Positions 27,864-36,453 of a DNA stretch of 51,824 nucleotides are shown here, in pieces. The stretch is from Deltaproteobacteria bacterium (GTDB lineage: Bacteria > Desulfobacterota > BSN033 > UBA1163). A model generated the notes under the pieces. It was not told the DNA's origin and did no database searches. It worked only from the letters and a program-made list of their open reading frames with translations. Where the stretch lies: NCBI GenBank assembly GCA_037441765.1, contig JBBIRM010000006.1, positions 1 to 51,824 of the forward strand, in the 5' to 3' direction. Position 1 is the first letter of the stretch; every line of letters starts with the position of its first letter. Made by a program: the position numbers and the translations under genes.

Positions 27864-29366
27864 GTGAAACGAATCATCATCATTGGAGGTGGTGTGGCTG
27901 GTCTGGGGGCTGCTTACAAAATCCATCGCGCAGCCTCTGAAGGGCATGACTTGGATTTCCTCCTTTTTGAGAGGGACAATAGATTGGGAGGTAAGATCCA
28001 GACAGAGATCGTTCCAGATCCCTCAGGTGAAGGGGTATTCATCGTAGATGGTGGACCTGACTGTTTCTTGACAGAGAAACCTGCCTGTCACAGGATCGCA
28101 AAACTTTTAGGAATTTTTGAGGATGAACTACCTACAGACGACTCAAAGAGGAGAATATGGATCCTCTCTCGAGGGAGACTTCATGCCCTTCCTGATGGGG
28201 TTATGATGTTTGCTCCAACCAAACTACTTCCTTTTATCACAACTGGACTCTTTTCATGGCCAGGGAAGATTAGGATGGCCATCGATCTTTTTATCCCGCC
28301 TAAAAAAGTTAACCCAGGTGAATTAAATGATGAGACCCTTGAGAGTTTCGTCGTCCGCAGAATGGGCAGGGAATGCCTCGATCGTCTTGCCGAGCCTCTG
28401 GTTGGAGGGGTTCATGCCTCTGATCCTAAACAGATGTCCCTTGCGGCAACTTTTCCAAGGCTCCTTGAGATGGAGCAGAACTATGGGTCTCTGATAAAGG
28501 GTTTCCTCATAGCCAGAAGAAGAGTTGAAAGGATGAGGAAGAAATATCCTCCCAAGCCAGGCCAGAGGCCAAGAACCTTCTTCACCTCATTTGCAAAAGG
28601 GATGCAGCAACTGACCGACCGAATGGCCGAGGCAGTAGGCTTAGATAAGATAAGGCTTGGTGTAGAAGTCACTTTTATTCAAAGACATGATCAAAACAAA
28701 TGGAGGGTTAAACTTTCTGATGAATCGATCGTGGATGGGGATGCGGTCATCCTTGCTACAGAGTCCTGGTCTGCAGAACCTCTCATCAGGTCCATTGATC
28801 AAACCATCGCCGATGCCTTAGCGGGCATTCCTTGTTCTTCTTCGGCCACAATATCCTATGCCTTTAATGAAGAAGAGGTTGGCTTTGATTTGAATGCATT
28901 TGGTGTTCTGTGTCCTATTGTTGAGAGGCGTGCGCTTATGGCCGCAACCTATTCTTCCTCAAAATGGCCAGGAAGAGCACCTCCTAAAAAAGTTCTTCTT
29001 CGGGGCTTCGTGGGAGGCCCCCACAATCAGGATATTATCGAACGTTCTGATGAGGAACTGGTTCAGATTGTAAAGAATGAGTTTCATGAGATTTTAGGCT
29101 TAAATCCAAAGGCAAAGCCCCTTTTTGTCCGTGTCTTTCGATGGCCTCGGGGTATGCCACAATATACCCTTGGTCATTTGGATCGCATTGCCTTAATTGA
29201 AGAGCGAAGTAGCCAGATCCCTGGTCTTGCCTTTGCTGGAGGATGTTATCGGGGAGTTGGGATTCCGAATTGCATTGAGAGCGGAGAAAGGGCGGTTTCA
29301 AAGATCCTTAATGAATGGGGCATTGACCTTGCCGAAGATCATCTTGAGGAGAGACCTTATTACTAA
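27864..29366 (+). CDS. hemY: HemY-type proto/coproporphyrinogen oxidase
   Basis: GGGVAGL, GGKIQT, GPDCFL, MPQY.LGH, GVGIPNCI. Confidence 0.92.
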   Translation: MKRIIIIGGGVAGLGAAYKIHRAASEGHDLDFLLFERDNRLGGKIQTEIVPDPSGEGVFIVDGGPDCFLTEKPACHRIAKLLGIFEDELPTDDSKRRIWILSRGRLHALPDGVMMFAPTKLLPFITTGLFSWPGKIRMAIDLFIPPKKVNPGELNDETLESFVVRRMGRECLDRLAEPLVGGVHASDPKQMSLAATFPRLLEMEQNYGSLIKGFLIARRRVERMRKKYPPKPGQRPRTFFTSFAKGMQQLTDRMAEAVGLDKIRLGVEVTFIQRHDQNKWRVKLSDESIVDGDAVILATESWSAEPLIRSIDQTIADALAGIPCSSSATISYAFNEEEVGFDLNAFGVLCPIVERRALMAATYSSSKWPGRAPPKKVLLRGFVGGPHNQDIIERSDEELVQIVKNEFHEILGLNPKAKPLFVRVFRWPRGMPQYTLGHLDRIALIEERSSQIPGLAFAGGCYRGVGIPNCIESGERAVSKILNEWGIDLAEDHLEERPYY

Positions 29367-29430
29367 GATGAAAATCTAATTAGAAAATCTATGACTCTCC
29401 AAGAGGTTAAAAGAGTTGGCCAACATTTTA

Positions 29431-30570
29431 TTAGGCATAAGGAAGGAAATCTTTTCCCAGGAGACCCTGGCCGATTTCAATTTTTAGGGTTGCATTGGCG
29501 ATTTGAATGGCTTTGACATCCCTTAGATATCGTTCGAGAGGGAGTTCTTTAGAGTATCCCATTCCTCCGAAGACATCCATTGCGTTGTTGACGATTCGAT
29601 AGGCTGTCTCCCCTCCAATTAGGTTTGCCATGGCTGCCCAGATCGTAGCCTCTTTTTCATTCTTCTCAATCAGAGATAACGCTCGATAGCAAAGGAGTCT
29701 TGCAGCCTCAAGCGACGTATAATCCTCAACCAACCTGAACTGGATGGCTTCGAATTTTCCGAGGGATTTCCCAAAGACATTCCTGATCTTGGCATACTCA
29801 ATGGCCTCCTGAAGCGCCTGTTTTGCTGTCCCTAAGGCGATAAGACCTGTCAAGGCCCTCTGTTCCTGCACAGTCCCCTTTAACATGGAGAGGGCCTTCC
29901 CTTTTTCTCCAATAAGATTTTCCTCTGGAATTTTAACGTCCTCAAAGATTACATTTCCCCATTTTGTAGCCTTCCAACCAAAACCTTGGAGTCGGTAAAC
30001 TTCGATTTTAGGTCTATTGGCTTCCACAAAAAAGCAACTGATTGCCTCCCTTGATTCTGGATCTGTCTTCGCCAGCACGACAAAGGCCTGAGCCACTTCG
30101 GCGAAGGTGATCATCGATTTTTCGCCATTTATGAGGTAATAATCTCCATGGTCTTTTGCTGTAGTCTTGATTGCCCGGATGTCTGACCCAGCCTCTGATT
30201 CCATTGCAGCAAATGCTAAGATTGTTTTTCCTCCGATGATATCTGGGAGATAGGCGTTTTTAATTTTCTCAGAAGCAAAAAGCAAAACCCTGCCAGTGAT
30301 ATTGGTACCACAGAGGATAATCGCACAATTATGGTCATAGCGAGCTACCTCTTCAAATGCAATTCCACATGATATGAGGTCAGCTCCTGATCCGCCATAT
30401 TGAGTAGGTAAACGTAACCCCAAAAGTCCAACTTCGGCCATCCTCTTCAGATTCTCCCATGGAAACTCTTGTTGTTCATCCCAATAGGAGGCCTTGGGGG
30501 CAAGCTCCTTTTTGGCAAAATCGTGGATACTTTTCTGAATCAACTTCTGTTCTTCGTTAAATTCAAACAT
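29431..30570 (-). CDS. Acyl-CoA dehydrogenase family protein
   Basis: YGG, E.EAGSD, INGEKSMIT, R.VFG..L..FEAIQF, FGGMGY..E.PLERYLRD. Confidence 0.9.
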   Translation of the reverse strand: MFEFNEEQKLIQKSIHDFAKKELAPKASYWDEQQEFPWENLKRMAEVGLLGLRLPTQYGGSGADLISCGIAFEEVARYDHNCAIILCGTNITGRVLLFASEKIKNAYLPDIIGGKTILAFAAMESEAGSDIRAIKTTAKDHGDYYLINGEKSMITFAEVAQAFVVLAKTDPESREAISCFFVEANRPKIEVYRLQGFGWKATKWGNVIFEDVKIPEENLIGEKGKALSMLKGTVQEQRALTGLIALGTAKQALQEAIEYAKIRNVFGKSLGKFEAIQFRLVEDYTSLEAARLLCYRALSLIEKNEKEATIWAAMANLIGGETAYRIVNNAMDVFGGMGYSKELPLERYLRDVKAIQIANATLKIEIGQGLLGKDFLPYA

Positions 30571-30571
30571 C

Positions 30572-30877
30572 CTATCTCCCATGAGTGAAATCATTAGGTG
30601 AGGAAGGAAGATTCTTCACCATCACTTTCAGTTTTTTAATCACCTCATGATCCTCACCTAAGAGAGGGATAAGAGACCGAATCGCCCGCCCTAATGTCCC
30701 GTCGCAGAGGGGTTGAAAGTCCTCTCGGACTTCAGGCGGAAGTTGAAGGTATTGTTCTACCAGATGTTCAACCCATCCTGGTAGGTAACTTGGCTCTACT
30801 TTATCTTTATGGTAGACATATCCCTCAAGCGCCCCTGCCTTTGATGCAAAGTCATAGAGTTCACGGTAAATTCCCAT
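30572..30877 (-). CDS. Hypothetical protein (101 aa) within the ior operon
   Basis: AAGGAG RBS; abuts the acyl-CoA dehydrogenase start; no family recognised. Confidence 0.7.
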   Translation of the reverse strand: MGIYRELYDFASKAGALEGYVYHKDKVEPSYLPGWVEHLVEQYLQLPPEVREDFQPLCDGTLGRAIRSLIPLLGEDHEVIKKLKVMVKNLPSSPNDFTHGR

Positions 30878-30937
30878 ACTTGCTCCTTTAATTTCTTATC
30901 TAACATCGTTTAAAAATAAACCTTAAATGGTCGGTGC

Positions 30938-31528
30938 TTAGGGTTTTATAATTTTTTGACCTTCACGAAAACTTTTTTCAAATATCTTTAAGTTTGTTTC
31001 CCGAAACCTTGGATGGGTGATCCTTTCAATGGCTAATTTGAGTTTACCAAAGGGGAAAGGAAATCTCGGATGGGCGGTTGCAAAACCGATGAGGGCGATA
31101 TTGGCGGATTGAACCATTCCCATTTCCATGGCTAACTGGCTTGCTCCAAATACAAAGGTTTCTATCCCTTTCTCCTTAAGGTATGCTTTAATTTCCGGGT
31201 TCATAAACTCCGGATCTGGATCGTTAATAAAACAGAGACCACCCTCACTGCCATGGATGGAGGGTTTGAGATAGGGTAGGGTTTTATAGGCTTCATTTTT
31301 TTCAAGTGATAAAAGGATATCTGCACTTCCTCTTTTTACGAGAGGGCTATCGAATTGGCCCATTTTAAGATGGGTCATCACAGAGCCTCCCCTTTGGCTC
31401 ATCCCATGGTCCTCGGAGCCAATGATGGGGAGTCCCTCTTTAAGGGCAAATTCAGCAAAGATCTTCGTTATCAGGAGAACTCCCTGGCCACCCACACCTG
31501 AAATGATCATCTGAACGTTCATAAGCAT
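30938..31528 (-). CDS. iorB: Indolepyruvate:ferredoxin oxidoreductase beta subunit
   Basis: SGVGGQG and HGMSQRGGSV motifs. Confidence 0.92.
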   Translation of the reverse strand: MLMNVQMIISGVGGQGVLLITKIFAEFALKEGLPIIGSEDHGMSQRGGSVMTHLKMGQFDSPLVKRGSADILLSLEKNEAYKTLPYLKPSIHGSEGGLCFINDPDPEFMNPEIKAYLKEKGIETFVFGASQLAMEMGMVQSANIALIGFATAHPRFPFPFGKLKLAIERITHPRFRETNLKIFEKSFREGQKIIKP

Positions 31529-31553
31529 TTTCTTATTGGTGATTTAACAATCT

Positions 31554-34500
31554 CTAATTGGCTATTTGATAGATGGCTTCCTGGCAGCAGACCTGTTGGC
31601 AGAGACCACAGTCCACACAGGTTAACCGATCAATCATCACACGACCATCCTCTCCTCGAATCATTGAGGGACATTCAAACCGTTTTAGACAGAAACCACA
31701 AGCAATGCAGGCTCCCACTGCGGGCATTTCAATGGCAGATGTGGGGCATTCCTGAACACAGACTCTACAGCCAGTACATTTTTTAAAATCAATCTGATAG
31801 CCTAACTCTGTCCTTGAGATAGCTCCCTCAGGACATTCCATCATACAGGTATCACAAAAAGTGCAGGCTCCGCAATGGAGACATCGTTTTGCCTCTTCAA
31901 TGATGGCCTCCTCGTCAGGCAGGAGGTTCACCTCTTTAAAATTTTTAGAACGCTCCGCAACTGGAAGCGTTACCATCCCTACCCTTGGTGAGGGTTCGAC
32001 CTTATCCAATTTTACCGAAATAAGTGGTGTAGAGATTCTTTCTGATTCTCTGTTCTTTTTCATATCCTCCCCACAGAGGTAACGATGGATGGAGAGGGCA
32101 ACCTTTCTTCCCGCTGCAAGGGCTTCAATGAAGTTCTTTGGGCCTGTCACAGCATCCCCTCCAGCAAATATGCCTTCCACAGGAGTTGACAGGGTGATTG
32201 GGTCGACATAAACTGTATTCCAGGAGGTCTTAGCAATGGTATCTCCGAAAGGAGAAAGTTCTGGAACATACGTGGGAGAAGTGATGATGAGGTCTGCCCT
32301 GATCATTCTTTCAGGACCTTCTGTGGAAACTACACGTATCCTTTTAGAACTGCTGGGTTGACCAAGCACCGCCTTTTTATAATAGAGTCCCGAGGCCTTA
32401 CCATTCGTAACCGAAATCCTGGTGGGTACTGAAAGAAATTTGAAGGCCACTCCTTCCCTTTCCGCCTCCTCGATTTCGAAGGGATCCACTGGCATCTCCC
32501 TTTGTGTCCGGTTAAATAGGATAGTTACCTCCTTTGCCCCAAGCCTGAGGGCTGTGCGGGCTGAATCTAAGGCGCGCTCATTTGCTCCGAGGACGACAAC
32601 CCTTGAGTAGGAAGGGGTCTTTTTATTGAGAGCAATCTTTTTCAGATAGGTCAAGCAATCTATCACTCCTCTGGCATTGGAGCCAGAAAGATTTACTCTA
32701 TTGGCCTTATGTGCACCAATGGCTAAAAGAATAGCCTGATAACCCATAACCTTGAGTTGATGGAGTGGATATTTCCCCCCGATAGGTGTATTTAATTTGA
32801 ATTCTACACCCAATTTTTTAATATTCTCAATCTCCCGATTTAATACCTCTTCAGGAAGTCGAAAACGGCTCGTTCCGACGGCCATCGTCCCACCTAAGAG
32901 AGGAAGGGATTCAAAGATGGTGACCTTGTAACCCAGTCGTCTCAAATCATGGGCTGCCATTAACCCTGTTGGCCCAGACCCTATAATGGCAACCCTCTCT
33001 TTCCTTTCGGGTTCTGTTATAGGATCAAACGGGAGCGTCTCTGTCCTGTCGGCAAGAAACCTTTTTAATAGGTCTATGGCAATGGGTTGATCCAGATCCC
33101 CTCTTCTACAGATCCTTTCACAGGGGCGAGCACATAACCTTCCTGTAATTCCAGGGAAGGGATTCTTTTGAAGAACGAGTTTTAATGCTTCGTCAAACTT
33201 TCCCTTTGCGATAAGTTCAATGTATCCTCGTGCATCTACCTGAATGGGACAGGCCCCGGTACAGGGTGCAATCTTATCTCGATAGGTGGGCAGATAGGAT
33301 TGGGGCATTGCCCCGCTTCTAATTGGGGGGATGTCTTTCTCAGGAGGGGGACTATGGCGGATATCCACCTTTATGGGATTTGATTTTAGAACCTCTTTTT
33401 CATAGGTGATACAGGGATAGCGCGAAATGATCACTGCCATCCCCCCGTCTGGCTTTTTGGTGTAGGCATAGGCCTTTTTCACTTCGCGAATCATTCCGCG
33501 GATATCGTAAGGGTTGACGACTCGAATATATTTCACACCACATCCTTTTGCCAGTTCTTCAATGGATAGGGCCTTCCCAGGATGTCCATCGGCGGTAATT
33601 CCAGATTCTGGAGTGGGTTGCATGCCTGTCATGGCGGTAATGGAATTGTCTAAGATGACAAGAACAAATTTTGCACCGTTGTAAACCGCATTTAGAAGCC
33701 CCTGGGGACCGGAGTGGTAAAAGGTTGAGTCCCCAATGGTAGCAATGATTGGAACCTCTTTCCCATCTTGATGGTAGGCCTGATAGAGACCGCTTCCAAA
33801 GGTGATGGCAGCTCCCATATCGTGACAGGTATCCACCGTATCCATATTCATTCCGAGGGTATAGCATCCGATATCACTGGGGAAGATTCCATTTGGGAAG
33901 GCCTGCTTCAGTGCAAAAAAGGAGGCCCGATGAGGACAACCCGAGCATAGAGAAGGTCGGCGAATTGGCAACCCGAGGGTTGAAACCATCTTTTCAAGTT
34001 GGGTCGTTAAGGTCTCTTCCCTCACAGGGATGGAGAATCTTTTACATAGGTCCGTAAGAATATGGGTAATTGTTTCAGGCAGCATTTCCCCCACATTGGG
34101 AATGGTCCCATCCAACCGACCGATGACCTTCGATTTATCCCTGATCTGAAGTTCGATCACAGGCTCTGTCTCTTCAAGAATTAGGACATGATCGCATTTC
34201 TGGATGAAGGAATCAACGATTTCGTTTGGGAAGGGGAAAGGGGTTCCTATCTTGAGAACAGGGATGTCTCCCCATAGACCCATTTCAGTGAGGCAGTCGC
34301 GAGCAATCGAATAACCAATTCCACCTGAGATGATTCCAAATATGGCTTTATCCTGGCCGTGCTCTATGAAATTGAGAGAGGTCATGGAATTAAACTCTTC
34401 TGAAATTTTTTGGAGTTTTTCGTTAAGTTGTTTATGGAGGATGAATCGAAAACGTGGGGTTGCGCTCCATCGTTGAGGGTTTCTCGGAAAGTGGGCCTTC

Positions 34501-35063
34501 CTTTCAAGTCGGACAATAGGGTTGAAGGTGATGGTCTGCTGGGAATGGGAAACCCTCAGCACCGGACGGAGGATGACAGGGATCTGATATTTTTCAGAGA
34601 GTTCAAAGGCTATTGGACACATCTGCTGAGCCTCTTTGGCACTTGAAGGGTCAAAGACAGGAATCTTTGCAAACATTGCCATAAATCGGGTATCCTGTTC
34701 GGTCTGAGAGGAGTGAGGCCCTGGATCATCGCAACTGATAATAACAAAACCTCCAATCGTCCCGATATAGGCAGAGCTCATCAATGGGTCGGTGGCGACA
34801 TTGAGCCCCACCTGTTTCATGGCCACAGCAGATCGCTTGCCCGTGTAAGAGGCGACCAGAGCATTTTCAAAGGCCACCTTTTCGTTGGTGGACCATTCCA
34901 CATAAATGTCAAGGTTGTTCTCCTTTTTAAATCGGACCACAGCAGGAAGGATCTCAGAGCTCGGGGTTCCTGGATAGGCAGCAAAGAACTGACATCCGCT
35001 CTCTACCAATCCCCTGGCGATCGCTTCATTTCCGAGAAGGACTCTTTCCTCTTTCTCTGTCAT
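31554..35063 (-). CDS. iorA: IorA (TPP) with inserted GltD/NfnB-like FAD/Fe-S module and extra ferredoxin domains
   Basis: LGNEAIARG, YPGTPSSE, MKQVGLNVA, LCSGCPH, DIGCYTL, IGDSTFYHSG; then APC..ACP, IIGSGPTG, FAGGD; then four CxxCxxC-type motifs. Confidence 0.9.
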   Translation of the reverse strand: MTEKEERVLLGNEAIARGLVESGCQFFAAYPGTPSSEILPAVVRFKKENNLDIYVEWSTNEKVAFENALVASYTGKRSAVAMKQVGLNVATDPLMSSAYIGTIGGFVIISCDDPGPHSSQTEQDTRFMAMFAKIPVFDPSSAKEAQQMCPIAFELSEKYQIPVILRPVLRVSHSQQTITFNPIVRLERKAHFPRNPQRWSATPRFRFILHKQLNEKLQKISEEFNSMTSLNFIEHGQDKAIFGIISGGIGYSIARDCLTEMGLWGDIPVLKIGTPFPFPNEIVDSFIQKCDHVLILEETEPVIELQIRDKSKVIGRLDGTIPNVGEMLPETITHILTDLCKRFSIPVREETLTTQLEKMVSTLGLPIRRPSLCSGCPHRASFFALKQAFPNGIFPSDIGCYTLGMNMDTVDTCHDMGAAITFGSGLYQAYHQDGKEVPIIATIGDSTFYHSGPQGLLNAVYNGAKFVLVILDNSITAMTGMQPTPESGITADGHPGKALSIEELAKGCGVKYIRVVNPYDIRGMIREVKKAYAYTKKPDGGMAVIISRYPCITYEKEVLKSNPIKVDIRHSPPPEKDIPPIRSGAMPQSYLPTYRDKIAPCTGACPIQVDARGYIELIAKGKFDEALKLVLQKNPFPGITGRLCARPCERICRRGDLDQPIAIDLLKRFLADRTETLPFDPITEPERKERVAIIGSGPTGLMAAHDLRRLGYKVTIFESLPLLGGTMAVGTSRFRLPEEVLNREIENIKKLGVEFKLNTPIGGKYPLHQLKVMGYQAILLAIGAHKANRVNLSGSNARGVIDCLTYLKKIALNKKTPSYSRVVVLGANERALDSARTALRLGAKEVTILFNRTQREMPVDPFEIEEAEREGVAFKFLSVPTRISVTNGKASGLYYKKAVLGQPSSSKRIRVVSTEGPERMIRADLIITSPTYVPELSPFGDTIAKTSWNTVYVDPITLSTPVEGIFAGGDAVTGPKNFIEALAAGRKVALSIHRYLCGEDMKKNRESERISTPLISVKLDKVEPSPRVGMVTLPVAERSKNFKEVNLLPDEEAIIEEAKRCLHCGACTFCDTCMMECPEGAISRTELGYQIDFKKCTGCRVCVQECPTSAIEMPAVGACIACGFCLKRFECPSMIRGEDGRVMIDRLTCVDCGLCQQVCCQEAIYQIAN

Positions 35064-35096
35064 CTCTCACCATTAGTTTATTGCAAATGGATATAA

Positions 35097-36413
35097 TTAG
35101 TTTTTTCTTCTCCTTAGGAGTAAGGATTTATCTTTCTTCCATAAAATCTCTTTGAGTTGATTGAACTTGTTTTGGAAAATTTCTTTAAGGAATTGAGGAT
35201 CAAGGGATTCTTCATTTTTGGGAAGGCTGGATAATCCTTTTGATAAGAAACGACTCAAATTCTCAGCCTGTTCGTTAAACCAAATTCTTGCCTTTTCTTC
35301 CTGATGGAGTTCAAAGAGTTCCTTTGGATCATCTGGTTTAAGCATGAGTAACCAGCCCCGATTGTAAGGGTCCCTCCAGACAAGATTTGGAGAGCCCTCC
35401 ACCTCTCGGTTTATCGCAGAGACTGTTCCAGAAATTGGAGATGGAATTTTAACTCTTCTCCCATTTGATATCACCTCAGCAATTGGTTGATTCTTCTGAA
35501 TGGTAGTTCCCACAGGAGAAAGTCTTATGGAGTCTGCTTTGATGGTGATGAGGGAAGCCATCTCATTAAGACCTATGCGGATAAACTGATCCATGGGCTT
35601 CGCCCAGGTATGCCCTTCGCTATAATATAGTTTAGGATAAAAATGGAATCCTTTTATAAGAACAGGATTCTTCCTCTTTCCAGGTTTGAGGGCAAAGACA
35701 GGATGGGTTCCAAACTGGTCTTCCATCCTCTGATCAACCTCACAGCGCCAGCATTCAAAACCATTGGAGCAGAGCATAAAATCAACCAGCCCCAGGCGCA
35801 TATATCGGCAATAGCGTTTTGTTCCTGTGTCTGAGAGTTTAATCTTTCGGATATGGTCCATTTCCATTTTGATTGCGCCTGTTGGGCAGATATATTCACA
35901 GGCCCCACAGGCCAGGCATTGCTCGGAGTCGACCTCAAATGGGGTGGAGACCTTTTTCAATGTCCCTCTTTTTGAGAAACTGATGGCATTGGCCCCTACC
36001 AATTCTTTGCAGGTTCGGACACAGAGGCCACAAAGGATACAATCGTTCCCCTGTGGGTAGGTTTTAAACCTTGACTTTTCAACCCTGAGTTCTTTGGCCA
36101 GATTCTGGATGTAGGGAACATTTGGCGAGCGCGCAAGTAGGAGTTCAACCAATATTCTACGTAACTGGACCACCCTTTCCGAATGGGTTTTAACCTCCAT
36201 CCCTTCTCGGACAGGATAATTACATGCAGTGACCATTCTGTTCTTCCCACCCTGAAAGATCTCTACTGTACAGAGTCTACAGGAACCCTGAGGTGTTAAG
36301 TCCGGGTGATAGCATAGGGTTGGGATCGAGACAGATTGCCTTTGTAAGATTTCAAGAAGCGTCGAATTCTCTTTTGCCCTGATCTTTTTGCCATTAATCG
36401 TAAGAGTTACCAT
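35097..36413 (-). CDS. NuoG/HydA N-terminal-like Fe-S protein fused to a Cys-rich linker and a GcvH-like domain
   Basis: IPTLCY..GSCRLC..TAC, CILCGLC, CLACGAC; C..M..G......C.....C..C..D; Y...HTW, IRIG, SPISG.V..IN, DPY..GWL. Confidence 0.85.
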   Translation of the reverse strand: MVTLTINGKKIRAKENSTLLEILQRQSVSIPTLCYHPDLTPQGSCRLCTVEIFQGGKNRMVTACNYPVREGMEVKTHSERVVQLRRILVELLLARSPNVPYIQNLAKELRVEKSRFKTYPQGNDCILCGLCVRTCKELVGANAISFSKRGTLKKVSTPFEVDSEQCLACGACEYICPTGAIKMEMDHIRKIKLSDTGTKRYCRYMRLGLVDFMLCSNGFECWRCEVDQRMEDQFGTHPVFALKPGKRKNPVLIKGFHFYPKLYYSEGHTWAKPMDQFIRIGLNEMASLITIKADSIRLSPVGTTIQKNQPIAEVISNGRRVKIPSPISGTVSAINREVEGSPNLVWRDPYNRGWLLMLKPDDPKELFELHQEEKARIWFNEQAENLSRFLSKGLSSLPKNEESLDPQFLKEIFQNKFNQLKEILWKKDKSLLLRRRKN

Positions 36414-36453
36414 CCCAATCCGCTTTGCTCATAGCGCTTAGCGCTAAGCCCTG

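Noticed and set aside
36436-36449. 14-bp palindrome GCTTAGCGCTAAGC between the nuoF-like and nuoG-like genes
   Set aside because: Single short copy with no U-tract; function cannot be supported.
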